Notes under the pieces: generated by a model | Databases searched by the model: none | Told to the model about the DNA's origin: nothing | The model's input: the letters and a program-made list of their open reading frames with translations, nothing else | Made by a program: the position numbers and the translations under genes | Part shown: positions 24,348-38,003 of the stretch, in pieces | Layout of the letters: every line of letters starts with the position of its first letter | Numbering within the stretch: position 1 is the stretch's first letter | Assembly (NCBI GenBank): GCA_002633005.1 | Contig: NMRA01000491.1 | Location: 141,321 to 205,320 of the forward strand | Direction of reading: 5' to 3' | DNA from: Phoronis australis | Lineage: Eukaryota; Animalia; Phoronida | Length of the DNA stretch: 64,000 nt

Positions 24348-25199
24348 AACAGTAGGTGTGTACAAATGAATACAACTAAGAATGAAAAATGTCTCCTTAT
24401 TTTTGAAAAGTGCAAATAATTTGCCATGGGTTTCATTTCTTCTTCAGTCACCAAAATGAACTGGATAGGCACTTTCATGCTGAAAACATTGTAAACAACC
24501 AATCCCATGGAATGGCATTGTTTATGATCTATAGTAAAGATTTCAGCAATGAAAGCATAATGCTCCCCCATTCAATCCAGTTTGGCAGCTGAAAAGGAAA
24601 TGAAACAAAAGGGTATATACATAGCTGGACAATAGAAACTCATTTTTGCACTTTTAACTCGATACAAATCTGCCGAATTCATTCACCTTGCTCCAGTTAA
24701 TGAGTAAAAAGCAAACTAGTTTAAGTACTCATCCAAAGCACGTCATGAGACACATTAAGAGGCAAAACTAAACGTGAGGTTTTAAGAATGGTAGGACTGC
24801 AACTGGAATATAAACTAATGCTGAAGTCTCCTCAACATGAGCTATGGTTCAGCAGGGACAGATTGAGCTTTTATATGACAGGCAATAATTGCTGGTACTT
24901 ACATTAACAATAGGAGACAGACACAATTTCCACACTCCCAGAAGCTTATAAATGCATTTAACATAACTTTACTTTCATAGGCCTTCAACACATCAATCAA
25001 AAGTAAAAATGAAAGCCACACATCAAAGAGGACATATTCAATATTGTCAGTTTGCTTCTATATGAAGCTCAACTATTAACTTACCAGTGTTCAAGGCAGT
25101 GCACTGGTTCCTGCCTTGATCTACCTCAAATTATTTGACAGGCTTTTGTGGTACCTAACTGTTTACTTTGGTGAATCTGTGAGTGTAGTAATATAAAGA

Positions 25200-27386
25200 C
25201 AGGGCTCAACGCTATTAAAATCGCCAGGTCGCATTTTGCGACCTAGCCAAAATCCCAGGTCGCATTTTCAAAATCCAGCTCGCATTCGTAAATGCCAGGT
25301 CGCAAAAATTTCCCGCCATTTTTACGCGCCAAAATAGATTTTTTAGATCATCGAGAAAATGTTTAGATTATGCTCTTACCTGCAGCGTTAAATGCTCACA
25401 AATTTCGGATCTCAAAATTGACTTCATTCATGCAGGTACGGCCTTACTGTTCTTCACGACCGCCATTGAAAGTCTCTAGAGCGCAAGCCAAGTTGCCGGC
25501 GTGAAAGTTGAATCAGTGCTCTCTAACTGACTTGTGCATTCGAGTAGCTAAATTTGCGAAGTGAAAAGGGAGAAAATGCCCGTTGAAAAAAGTATCTGGG
25601 ATTTTGTTAGATCTGGTCTGCTACTGGCCGTCATCAAAGTCGTTAACGATTCAAACTAACTCGGGTAATCGCGAGTTTGCTCTTCAATACCTTCCAAGTA
25701 CGGGAAAAAATAGGTCAGTCGCAAAACGACACGCACGTCACTAGTGTTAACTTTCTTTCCGAGGTATAAAACAAAGCCGAGATTTGGTTTTTACATATTG
25801 TGAAAAGACGTTTTTGAAAACTGAAGTTGTGTAAAATGAAACTGACACACACCATATAAGCTGCGTGTCAATTTTAAACCACACGCGGTCGTTTGTAGTG
25901 CGCAATGATGGGCGCTAGCTTGAACTGTGGGCGCTTAATTAGAAATTCTCAAAATTTCAGGGGGGACTTTTAATAGATCAGTGAGCGCTTATTATGAAAC
26001 ACTTTAAAGGTAGGGAGTAGGCTTGTGCGTGAGCATAGTCGTTAACCTCAGTGTTTGCGGTAATAAGATATTAAAACGCTGCAATGGTAAAAAACGTTAT
26101 AATAATACGATTTTGCGAGGCAAACTCCATCTGGTAGGGGTGACTTTCTGGATATCGTTACCAACTACATTGTACCCTTTTTAGCCACCCGGAATGATTT
26201 TTTTAACTGCCCGCTTCAGCCGGAACAAGGTTGTTTCTATAGGAGTCTGAACATTTTACGGCGAAGGTGGTTCGGGGAGCGAAAAGTTGCCGGGGGGTGT
26301 ATAAAGAGAAGAATGAAAAGTTCGCTAACTTGAACCACAATTTCGCATCTAGTGCCAGTTTAGTTGCAATAGCTGGCTACGGGCATAGAATACAGGGTTT
26401 AGAGAACACCGACCTCGGGAAACATCGGAACAGGATAACGTTAGTTCTGGGTTATATCCGTCCCGGGACATCGGGTCTTTTATAACCGCTGGGAATCTGA
26501 GTTCATTTTCAAATAAACCAGAGCCAAGCCGGTATACTCTTTCATTTAGGACTGTCGCTGTTCTTTGAAGTGGTGCGCACGCGTGAGTTCACGCACTTGA
26601 ATCGCTGGAGTAGGCCTACACTTTACGTTGGCAACAACGTGTGAAAGACAAATCATATTTCGCGCACGTAGCCCCAGAAACAAGTAAAGGGTTTGAGAAT
26701 TTCTTGGCAACTGAAAGTAAAGACGTGACCGTCGTTAGGCGATTAATAAGGTTGTCATTTTCACTTTGGCTGTCTTAATACGATAAAAAGGAGAAGCACA
26801 TCTCAGTCTAAGTCACGATTGTCTGCCGGGGCCGCTTGTGCGCTAACGGTGCCGCAGTGCGATGTCAGGGATATTGTCGTGGATATTTGGTACATGTAAT
26901 AAGGACATCTTATGTGAAAAATAAACCTTTTTGCCCACCACAAAGTTTGGTAAGTTGATCGCTTAAGAATTAATAGAAACACCATTGTTTTGTGAAGTTT
27001 TATCACGTGTTCAGCAGTGGCCCGAAACTTTCTTCCGCGAATCCGGGAATTTACAAAAGTGGCCGAAAGTGTTAGCCAGTGGAACACGTCAACGATCGAT
27101 TCTGAATATCCAATGTTCACGCGAATTGCTTACAAGTCATCGGGAGGGCTGTTCTCGGTTAGTGTTCTTTTGCACTTGTATTTGGCAACAACCAAATAAC
27201 GGTCGGATTAACAAGAGCTGCTTTGTATTTGCCAGGTATCTGTTGAGAAGTGTAAAAACTCAGCTCGCATTCGTTGGAAATTCCAGGTCACATTTTGCGA
27301 CTTTATACGAGCTGACAAAAATCTCAGCTCGCATTTCCAAATTTCAGGTCGCAAATGCGACCTGCAGCTCGTTATGTCGAGCCCTG
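25200..27386. mobile_element. CAGGGC-ended (hAT-like) non-autonomous element with both ends intact, 2187 bp, 5-bp TSD AAAGA
   Basis: TIR cagggctcaac / gtcgagccctg. aaaga at 25195-25199 and 27387-27391. Subterminal ggtcgc/gcgacc/agctcgc repeats; no transposase ORF. Confidence 0.88.
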
Positions 27387-28078
27387 AAAGACCTGTCTTA
27401 ATCACTCGCGGTCGATTGGCTACAATGCTTCGCATTGAAGCAAGAGGTATCGCATTCGAAACTTGGATTAGGTGATATTTTCACTGCATTGGCGCCCAAC
27501 AACGGAACATACTTACGACTGCAGAAAGAGACCACACAGCCTCCTGAGTTTGACAGTGCCATAATGGCTGAGGAGGAAGCGCACGTTAAGGGAGCCGATC
27601 TGATATTGAGTCCCAGGCGACATTACCCAACTAGTAATCATTAGATGGGGAAGAGTACGATGAATCAGCAGAGAGTGTAATCTCTTAATCACTCGCCTGC
27701 AGCCAATTGCTCTTTGGTCAACTGGTTACTGGGATTTTCCTTATATAAGCCCATGGTGTATTCAGAAAACAAAAATTGGAAATACTCCATAAAACTGAAT
27801 TTGTGACAAAAAGTTGACTGGGAGTGAGTTTTTAAGAGGAAATTTTCCGAATAAATCTAAAATGCTCCACTATCTGGACACTTGACAGCAGAAGTTGTAA
27901 CACCAAAAAAGGCCCATGGCCATGGATGTTTATTCAGCATACTTTTCCGAAAAAACCCCCATGGGCGTTTCATCGGGTGGGCTTATCTACGGAAAACCCC
28001 GGTAGGAATGAGGTACTGGGTTCTAAACTTGGACTGCGTGATTTTCAATACATTATTGTCAACATATTGTAAACATCT

Positions 28079-28204
28079 TTGGCAGTGGTTGAATATAGCA
28101 GCCCCTGATTTTGAGAACCAGTTTCATCCACTGAATAATAGGCACGGTTTTCAGTGATTGCCTGGTTCTCAAAATCAGGGACCGCCATATCCATCCAGTG
28201 CCAA
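28079..28204. mobile_element. Small palindromic MITE (ttttgagaacc family)
   Basis: cccctgattttgagaaccag / ctggttctcaaaatcagggg inverted arms. Confidence 0.7.
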
Positions 28205-28266
28205 CATCTTCATCTAGTGACTTGCCCAATTATTGTTTCGCCCGGTTTTGATTTGAAGTTACTCAC

Positions 28267-28370
28267 CCTAACGTGCTGATAAATCCATTAACATTGCCTT
28301 CAGCGTACAGTGACACGATGTCTCCATAGTGGAGGAAACTTGCCGAAGTCTCCCCCATGCTCATCGTCAT
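28267..28370 (-). CDS. ITPR: Inositol 1,4,5-trisphosphate receptor, first coding exon
   Basis: [34 protein letters not shown](G)|gtgagt matches the IP3R N-terminus [26 protein letters not shown]. Phase-2 donor; three in-frame ATGs (28370, 28364, 28358); in-frame stop upstream. Confidence 0.96.
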
Positions 28371-28819
28371 CAGGTAATCCCGAAAGTGGGCTACTGCTGC
28401 AAAAGGGGTGTCTGGACCGAGCAAGCCAACTGACTAGTGACTGCCAGGCAGACGATTCAACTCGGTCTCAAACTCGTGAACTCAACAGGTGAAATCAAGA
28501 AACTTGGCATTGCTTCGCTGATTGACGCTATGCACAGCACACCTGGCTATGTATACCTTGTTAATAATACGAAAGAGTTTCCTAGAACAAAATCCTGGAA
28601 CAATACACCTTGCAGAAAAGGTCAGCGGCAACACAACAACTTCGGCAGTGTTTCTAACTTCGTGACCTGCAACGGAACCTTGTGCAGAACACACATGCGC
28701 ATTGAGTAGTTGTATTGTGCCACCATCTATTGGAGTTATCTTTGCACTAAACTGTAAGTAACGTACCGAACGTGAACAACGCAATTCAGTCTCCATGCAG
28801 TGAACCGCTTTGCAGACCG

Positions 28820-28860
28820 CTTTCATAAACTGAAATTAGGAGTGCGCTCGCATTTTCTTC
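28820..28860 (-). promoter_or_regulatory. Candidate ITPR core promoter (initiator TCAGTT)
   Basis: Minus-strand tttcagtttat at about 28825-28835, in CpG-rich sequence about 460 nt upstream of the ATG. Inference only. Confidence 0.3.
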
Positions 28861-30717
28861 ACACATACCCAGTGGCCAAAGTTTGATAAGGTGGAAATAG
28901 TTAGTTCCGTTGAATTTTGAATGCCATTTTTCATGAAAATAGTTTTCAGGGTAGGCCTACGTCATGCCGGGCAGCGCCATTCAGTTTAGCACCTGCGTAA
29001 CCTAAATCACAGCGTTCATAAAACATCTTCAGCTAAAAGGATATGAGTACACGCTTGGTCCCAAATGACGCATTTCAACATATCACCAGTTCTCAACTCT
29101 GTGGGCCACGAAAATCGACAACAAGTGAAGGACATCGAACTTCGCTTCGACTTTTTACATAAACTTGGAAAATTGATTGAAAATTAACTACACTCAGCGA
29201 CTGTGAACTTGCGAAACCTACCTAATATATTTCGGATGATGGAATGTGTTTTGTGTGACTGAAATTATTATAAAGAAAAGAACATCTATGCTTGCATCCC
29301 AAATTGAGATATTAAATTTTACATGGATAAATACTGCAAGGCGGATCCAGGGTTTTCAGGACAGAAAAGGGGCCACTACTTTTGGCAACAACAAAAAAGT
29401 TATCAAGTAAATCGGCCACGCATCTTAACCCCTTTCTCAATCCGGCCTTGTATTGTGGTGTGACAAATCAAAGACATTTTCGGAAAGGCATGCTTCCAAG
29501 TAGGCTAACCCGACGTTGGTAACAGATTGTACAGATAATTTGTGTTCGCAGTTCTACAGAAATGTTCCGTCATAGCAGCAACAGTTTAAAGTGGCATTAA
29601 TCCGTGCTTTCTGTGAAAACCCAGTTCACGTTTGTTTAAGACTGCTTGACATTTTGAAACTGACGGTTCGTTATTTCTTCAGACCATGAAATTTCATGTC
29701 AAGACCCGAGTACCAGATCCCGCTAGAATGAATAAGTAGGCTACACAGAAATCACGGGTTTGGTGCTGCGTTTACAGTAAGAAACACTTTCATTTCTCAC
29801 CATGAAAAGTTTTTCGTAAACTTGTTAATTTCCCACATTAATTCTCCACATAGAAGTCACAGGTCGGTCCCATTTGAAAAACGTCTGTAAGCCTCTCCCC
29901 GGGAAATCAGGCTTTAAGCCGCTAAGACAACATGGCGGCGAATTTATTATTTCTTTTTTTAATTGTCACCGGTAAGCACAACATATGTCCATTGACCCGG
30001 ACGTGATACCAGCTCGCGTGATGCACAGTAAAGTTTCAGATATCAACACGATCACAAGTTTTCTTCCGATCGCTAATAGATATAGTGTGAATTCTTTGTC
30101 GAAATTCCACAACTAATAAATAATCTAAGGTTGGACTGGACATTATTTAGCGTTTTCTGGCCTAACTACGTACCTTAACTTATTGCTAGGGATAAATGGG
30201 CGAAAAATGAATAATAGAGTAATTTTCCGTTCCGTTGAAAACGTACTTTTCTTGAGCGGCCCGTTCTCACCTTGGGGTTGGACTACACTTGGCTGGATCA
30301 CGGGTCTGTATAACATGTGCGCGTTTCTAATGTTTATTGTAATTTTGTAGATGTATATATAAACCGTAATATTAACTAAAATATATCTATGCAGAAATAA
30401 ATTCCAAAAATATCGAATAGTATCGTAACAAAGCGATTATTCATTGCAGACGTTGCCATGCGTTTCCTGGATGGAGTGTGATGTTTTGATCCGCCACTTA
30501 CGATTAGACCGTCTTCTGTCTAAAATGGTCCTCCCCCGAGCACGTGCCGATTTCGTTCACGGAAGGTAGCAGCCAGTCTCTTGACCATAAGACGAGGTCC
30601 ACGATTCGCAAACTTTGATAGCCACCTTTTATGTAAATGATGCGGTAGTAGTCTATCAACAAAACTTAGCCCCATGAGGCCGGTTCACGAAATCGCGGAA
30701 TGGTCGAGTATTGCGAG

Positions 30718-30969
30718 CTAACAACGTCTGATCGTCTTATAGAAAGCATACGATTTCAGAGAGATAAAAAACTTTTCGCGTAGGTCAGTTAACTTAGATT
30801 TGTGTAATTTCTGTTCTCCACTAATTTCTTCTTCCAAACTTCGTTCTCCATTCTGACCAGTCTTGTTCGGATACTTCCTGCTCGGAGAAGTGAAATCCAC
30901 GTTGGAATGTAATCCAGACATCGGAATCTTGCGTTTCTGTAGCCTACTCCGTTCAGAAGTGAATGACAT
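30718..30969 (-). CDS. Hypothetical 83-aa small ORF, unrecognised
   Basis: accATG start and hydrophilic, protein-like composition. Lies between a minus-strand acceptor (31804-31805) and AATAAA (30333-30338). No homology recognised. Confidence 0.2.
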   Translation of the reverse strand: MSFTSERSRLQKRKIPMSGLHSNVDFTSPSRKYPNKTGQNGERSLEEEISGEQKLHKSKLTDLREKFFISLKSYAFYKTIRRC

Positions 30970-33961
30970 GGTCACTCTACTTCGACAAGGGTGTAGGTCC
31001 CTTTTCGCTGTTTCGATGCCTCCTTTTACGAAAATCAGAAATCTTCTTTGTCCGATGAAAATGGCACGTCAGTAAAACACTATTTTGAAGAGAATGGTGC
31101 GCCCACTCTTCTCCGAAAAGGGAATGCATATATGACCAGTCTTCGTAACACGCAGGGGATATTTGCAGTTCGTCGAGTTCCGTTACAGACTACAAACCAT
31201 GGACATTTGCGTATTTTCACTGAACTATTATTTAGGTGTATTAAGAGTATCCTTCATTTCTATATAGGTCTAAGGCGTCTGAACTCTAGCTGTTGGTGAC
31301 TGTGCACATACAAAGACATCGGTGCGTGGGATGATGTGGTCTTCCAGATAGTCCGATCACCAAATTGTATGCTTAGATCTAAAAAGGTCAAGATCAAAAG
31401 AGTCCGTTTCCCCTTTCAAGTCGAGTTGTGTTTTTCGAAGTAACCTTTGTTGCACTGCCTGGTCTGTACTCTATCGCTGGATTTTCCGAGCGCCACTCAG
31501 GTCTCACTCAGATGATGCCTTGCAGGCTCCTGTACGGCGTTATTTCGATCCTCCCCTCTCCTCGACGAAGGTTCTTTTGAAGTTTCGGGAAGAGATAGTT
31601 GGTGGGTGCAAGCACAGTTTTGCTCTGTTACCATCATAACTCAAATAACTTATGTTGCACTTCTCTGGCGTTGTTCGAGCGAACGGCCGTGCCCGCCGTG
31701 ACTTTCCGAACACATTCAGACTGGCTGTTTAGGAAGACTTGCAGTCAAAGTTGACCTTTGTTTTGCAGGCTCGCGCCAATTTGGGACTGTCGTTAGATGA
31801 AACCTAGAACAAGTAATGCAAGCATGTTTATCTACATGGTGAGTTAATAAATGAACACAGGTGGTGAACTGGCCTATTTAAGTACCATGCGTTCAACATC
31901 AATTCTTTTACGGAAGGTAGGGCCTACTGTCAACTAGACTAGTTCCTATAATAGGGACCATTATAAACACGTGCGCCAACTGCCTGCATGCTTGCAGGCC
32001 GGAGGACACGGTTGCCTATATGAGATTGCAACACTTGTCAGTGTGACGACGGGCAGCTAGTAGGGCCTAATACATGGCGATATATGTCACGAATACTTAA
32101 GTGATCTTGCTTTTTCGCAACTTTCTTGCGTCTACGGAACATAGCCCTGGGTGTTAACCTGCTGTAGAAAGGAAGGCGTCGCCTCGGTAACAACTGCGTC
32201 AGCCGAGCACGTGCATCGATAATCGTGCCTCTAGAGGGAGATAACTAAACGCGTCTTGACAACTCAGTGGTCGAAGATGTTGAGAGGCGACCGAGTTGCC
32301 AAAAAAACAAATTGACGGAAAAAAACCGACGAAGGCGTAATGTGTTACTCAGCTACATCGACGAAATAACTATTTCCCAATAAACAATTATAGGTCGCAG
32401 CGAACAATGGATTACGTCACACCATTGTCTCAGAATTTTAAACAACAATATGGTGAATAAGACTGCAGTGCCCGGTTGCATGCCAAACAGTCCCAAACTG
32501 GGACCCAGCTATAAGTTCCCTAAATCTACTGCGTATTCGCGGCCTATCGAAAACACTGATTGTCCTATCTTATGCTGCTTGAGTATCATTGCTATGCCAC
32601 TTTTTGTGAACTCTAGATTGAATTCTCATGCGACGCCCCCAATTTAAGACTAAGTCCCTAACTATTTTGATTGAATTAAGGGCTCAGTTTTTAGTTATAT
32701 TATTAAAAAATCCATTAATCAAAGAAGAGCTCGTAACTAAGACAAAATTATTACATATTACATTTGTGCCTAAAGAACGAAACAAGTCCGAAAAAGATTT
32801 AGGGAACTTAGTTGAGTTCCTATTTGGGACTGTTTCATGCAACCGGCCACAGAGAGGTAAAACCACTTGCCTGGACGTGAAAGACAATCATCCTTTTCGT
32901 AAAAAATAAAGTAACCGACTTCCAATTCACAAGATAAGATATAGGCCTATCAGCTGCCTTCTTGCAACGCTTCTACAAGCTTTCTTAGGCATTAAACGAT
33001 GGAAATTTACTCGAAATCAATCGAATATTGAAACCACGTTTATGAAAAATCTATAACCGACCTCGTTTTTCTCAATGTCGTCAGAATATTAAGACTTTAC
33101 TTATGTTGCCTCGGAGAACATCCGAAAGCAGCATTTACTAAAATAAAACAAGGCGCTTCGTAATAATGGTGGACAACAAAGTCCTCGGAAAAATTATCCG
33201 TTTCACTTCGTTCGCAATTGGGTCAAGGCCATCATGGCCACGGAACATGAGGCAAATTCTACGCTAACATATGAGGTTTTGTTAACCCATCGCCAAAGTG
33301 AGCCTAAGCCAAACCTTGACTAACCCGTAATAATCGATTCACAAATTAATGGTCGTGGCTTAGCCGCGATGGCTACTGTTCGTTTTTCGGCACTTTAAAA
33401 ACGGCCATGTTTGTTTAAAATGCCATCCCCTAAACGAAAGACATGCATATTCCAATGCAAAGTTGATTAAAACGTATGTTTCACAAATTCGTTTGGGATA
33501 CTAAAGTGGTTTTTTTTTGCATATATTTTAGACAAAATTTCCCAAAAGTGGAATAAACATGACACTTCATGACTCCTAAACTTCACTCGAGGCACTGAAT
33601 ACTGTATATTCAGTGACTGTATGGATAATCAAATGTTTACATAGTTCTCATTCTGTTTTGAAAGAAATTCGTTTTTATTACGAAGTCAAAGCGCAGCTCT
33701 ATCAAATCGACACAAAAAACGACGAATATCTGCCCGCATAGACGTGTTCAACGTGCTCGGCTGAATTCTATTATTTATCAAAAACTAATATGAAACGATT
33801 TCAAACAAACATTCCTGCTGTCATTTTTCCGAAAAGTGGAGGGCCTTTTCTGGTCTTTGCCTGTTCACTGACATCCCTACTGGATTTTGAAATACTGAAG
33901 AGAACACTTCGCCCAAATACACGCCGCGGGTTTGCGAAGCAGATGCGACACTGGGCAATGG

Positions 33962-34059
33962 TCTGATATAACGTGCCCTAATTTTGAGAACTAGTTTCTG
34001 TTACTGAATAACGGGCATCAAACTGGTTCTCAAAATACGGTCACCATATACTGTCAGAC
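33962..34059. mobile_element. Small palindromic MITE (ttttgagaacc family)
   Basis: attttgagaactagttt...aaactggttctcaaaat inverted core, about 250 bp upstream of the PIGZ ATG. Confidence 0.65.
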
Positions 34060-34307
34060 TACTGATAATACGGGATACCGGCACTTACTACGTAAGCCAA
34101 CACTGCGTGTACCAGTTGCCAACCGACTAGAGCGACGTCTTTCTTGAAAATGCGAAAATGCGGACACGGTTTGGTTCTACCATTTCCGGTTCTGATCTCT
34201 CGAAAAGGAGGTAACATCCAAATAGTTTGTAAACGATGATTGATGGCTGGCGTTTTTTGTTTTGACCTTTTCGACTGGTGTGCCTTTCTTGTGGATTGAA
34301 TTTCAAA

Positions 34308-34419
34308 ATGGATGTTGTCTTTGTGATACTGGCATTAGTAAGAGTTGTTTGGACGTTGTATGGACAGTCAGGATACATCCACCCCGATGAATTCTTTCAG
34401 TCAAGCGAGGTTATGGCTG
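34308..34419 (+). CDS. PIGZ: GPI mannosyltransferase 4, exon 1
   Basis: [43 protein letters not shown](G)|gtaac carries the PIGZ/SMP3 [11 protein letters not shown] motif. Its phase-1 donor matches the exon 2 acceptor. Confidence 0.93.
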
Positions 34420-36031
34420 GTAACATATTTTTTTCTGTTTTTGTTTTGTCATAATTCAAATTCATGTTATTGTACAGTACTTCACTCTTCAGTCTTCATT
34501 ACTTGTAGTTGGGACGTTTAATTTCTCCGTACTAGTAATTGCACAGCATCCAACGACATGAAATTCAAACTGATGAGTTTGGTCGTGTGACCAGCTGACT
34601 TGAGAAGAAGCTGAGTAAGTGATAAGAAACCTCAGCCGTGGAGTCGATGACGAAAATACAAGATGTCTGATTGAGGAGTAGTCGGATAAAGCAGTCCCGC
34701 TTTAAACCGCCATAACGTCTTTGATTTTTAACCTAGAATCAAGATTTTAATATCCACGTGCTCACAAGGCGTATAGAAATTTGGTCTGTGTTGTTAGTTT
34801 TGCCATACCTGTACTGACATTGTCTGTCAAAATTGTCACAGTCAAACACTGCCACTCTCATTGTCAGCATGATCAGTGTGCATGCTTCTAATGACAGTTA
34901 CCAATACTCAGCAGCTTGTAATTTGTCAACAGATTTTTCATAAACTGCAAGTGCCAACATCTCTCAGTGTGTTGAGCAACTGGTGTGTACTGTTAGCCTT
35001 TGTGCAAAGCTGTGTACTAGTCTTAAGTGTACAACTTGGCACCGCTGTGGGTAAAAAACTAGCCAAACAAAATCTGACAAAAAATTAGTGTCACTGAAAC
35101 CTACACTCTTCCTTGAGTAAGTTGAATAACTTTTTCGGTGTTAGAAAAATGAACGTTTTGCCGTTATTCTGCTGCTAAAGTTGTGGAGTGGTCTTTTGCT
35201 TCGGATTTCGGCTATTTTTACCCCAATTCTTCAATCAATTGTTCTTCCTCCACGAGGTTGCGTACATTGCGGTACTGGTTTCATTTCATTACAAGTTTTT
35301 TTTGTATTCTAAAACCAGCGAACCGGATTTCTGAACAAATTTTGCTGCTTCGAAGGTGTCATCATCTCCAAGAGATGTCGCAAAAATTTAGGAAATGGTG
35401 CATGCGTGTGTCAATGTGCGAACTGGTTTTAAAATGGTGACAGGCTTTTGTTTGGTATAACAAGCAGAGGATTGTACAAAAAATGACGTTTAGTAGATTG
35501 TTTTTTGCTTAAGCAGCTGCAACAGGCAGGGTGAGTGTTGGTTGACTCCCAGATTTTACATGCACTCCCGCAGGTCGTTAGCTCTAGATGTTGATATAAG
35601 TTTCGCGGCGAAGTCATAATCAGAACTCTCCGGGCTGTACAAAATGTCAGGGTTTAACAGAGCTCAACACACAATGCCACCTAGCTGTATTTTGATGAGA
35701 GTCTTCATGCTGGCTGGCTACTGGTGTATGAGTCTTGACGTCACACAAAAGACTGTGGGAATGTAGTTGGTAGCAGTGTGAGCCCATCGTGCTTACCATT
35801 GTAAATCTATTTCACAAAGTACAGGGCAACATGCAATGTACGTGCTATGCTTCTAATGACAGTATTGAAAACAACTAACTCTTGTGACTAAACAGTACTA
35901 GTAGGCTAGATGTAGGCAAAATTGGTGTAATAAATAACGGATAAAATATTGAGCATGCAGGTTAGAGCATGGGGCTGCTATCTAAAACTCCATAAAATGT
36001 CATGTTCTTTTACATGTGGTTCCGATTTCAG

Positions 36032-37656
36032 GAGATATCTTGGACTATGAGGTGTACACTCCGTGGGAGTTCAACAAATCACATGCCTTGAGAAGTGTGA
36101 TATCACCAGCAGTGACATCTGGTGTTGCATTCTACAGTCTGAAGATCATGGGCAGACTTTTTGGTGAAGTGGCTACATCTTCCACCTTGTTGTTACTAGC
36201 ACCGAGGGTTGTCATGGTGATGTTAAGCTTCCTTGGCGACCTGCTGATGTATAATATATCGGTTAAGTTGAACCGGGATCCCACGATATGCAGTTTCCTC
36301 TATGCGAGCTCATATGTGACTTTAGTATTTTTTACAAGGACATTTTCAAATACAGTTGAGGCTTTGTTGTTCAGTCTCGTATTCTACTGTGTTGTAATGA
36401 AAGTGTCGAAGACCGATAAGTTAAGTACCCTCATGAATGGTTACGTTGACTTTACTCCTTCAATTGTTTTAAATACCGACATCATACTGGCAATGACCAT
36501 TGTCACTGGCATTTTTGTCAGACCAACATTTGCAGCTTTTGTTCTTGTACCGTGCATCATTTGGTTGTTGCATGATGGTTTATCTGCTGCCCCTGCAAAG
36601 TTGTTTACCGCTACCCCTGTGGCTCTCATCACCGCACTAACCCTTGCGGTTATTGACTCTCTGTATTATGGCACATTAAAGTTCCCCTTATCTTGGTCAG
36701 TGTTGACAGAAATGCCCAGCGTTGACTTCTTTCTCAAGAATCTCACCTTCACTCCACTCAAATTCATGCTGTATAACCAGAACACGTCTAACTTAGCCTT
36801 GCACGGTATTCACCCCCGTTACACTCATGTCGCAGTCAACATGCCCATGATCACTGCACCTTTATTGCTTGCTGGTGGATTAGCACTTGCCACTAAACTA
36901 ATGCCCATCATATATCGCTTACTGGGCTGGTGTCGGGACAAGATCATTTACAAGAGGAGACCCTTACACCCCCCTGTTGTGCCGAAAGTGGACTACTCCA
37001 CAGACATTGCTCTGGCATTGTCTGTTGTGTTACCTCTTGGAATCTTGTCCCTTTTCCCTCACCAGGAAATGAGATTCTTACTGCCTTTGCTCGCTCCATG
37101 CATATTACTTTTCGCGCGCTGGATGTCGAGCCATTTCATGATAGTTCTCTGGATCCTGTTTAATACTTTGGGCATTTCATTTTTTGGTATTTTCCATCAA
37201 GGGGGTTTGATTCCATGCTTGACCTACATTGGAGAGCAGAACAGTGCTGAACAATTCTTGATCTTCCATCAAACTTACATGCCCCCTCGCCATTTGCTAC
37301 GGCGACACAAACGTGTCGAGAGTGCCTTCAGCATTGTAGACTTAGCTGGTGCGCCACCTAGTGGCCTAAAAACAAACTTGGATCAGATATTTGCCTCGCC
37401 GAAGGTTTCAAAGTCTATTCAAAACTGTGTTGTGAAATTAGTTACCCCAGCGATTCCTAGTGTTCTTCAGAAGACGAAGGAATACAAGAGCTATTCTTTT
37501 GAACTACATAAAGAGTTCAGACCACATTTGTCGATGGAATCGCCACCAGATTTGGGTAAACTTTTCAAAACAAACAAAGGTTCTTGGTTGTCGCTACTTG
37601 CTGAATTGTATAAAGATCTCAAGTTAAATTTATACTGTGTTACTGTGCACCACTAG
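36032..37656 (+). CDS. PIGZ: GPI mannosyltransferase 4 (GT22/Alg9-like family), exon 2; spliced protein 578 aa
   Basis: ttcag|GA acceptor; multi-TM ORF with PWEF, TRTFSNTVE, RPTF, NLALHGIHPRYTH, PHQEMRFLLP, FHQGG, TYMPP and PHLSME motifs; TAG stop at 37654-37656. Confidence 0.95.
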
Positions 37657-37701
37657 TGGTTATGGTAAAATTACTGTGCACCACTAGTGGTTATGGTAAA
37701 A
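37640..37701 (+). repeat. Perfect 31-bp tandem duplication spanning the PIGZ stop codon
   Basis: ttactgtgcaccactagtggttatggtaaaa x2. Confidence 0.95.
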
Positions 37702-38003
37702 TTTGTTATTTGGGACTGTGTCAAATTACTTGTCTTTAAGATTTAAATTGTTCAGAATTTTAGAGTCTGGCATTAGTTGTTTGACTTAAAAAAATCATGA
37801 AAATAAGTAATTTACAAGAAGTTTGGAATTTTTTAGTGGATGTGATATTCACTACTTGCACACTTTAGTGGTACTGCAAAAATGATTGTTGTGGATTGTT
37901 GTTTAGGACACAATGCCTCGTTTTAGCACCATTTTAACAATGCAAATGTGAAAGCATGCAGCGAGTCTTGGAGTTTAGAAACAGGTTATGATAGATGGTT
38001 TCA

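Noticed and set aside
24221-24590. 116-aa minus-strand ORF with an acceptor-like site
   Set aside because: No similarity to IP3R or any family I recognise. ITPR exons 1 and 2 join in frame without it, and part of it is tandem repeat.
34560-34670. CTGATGA plus hairpin in the PIGZ intron as a hammerhead ribozyme or C/D snoRNA
   Set aside because: No GAAA after the stem, and no canonical RTGATGA C box with a terminal stem.
36016-36031. GTG start of the 546-aa ORF
   Set aside because: It is intronic. The true N-terminus with the HPDEFFQ motif is exon 34308-34419.
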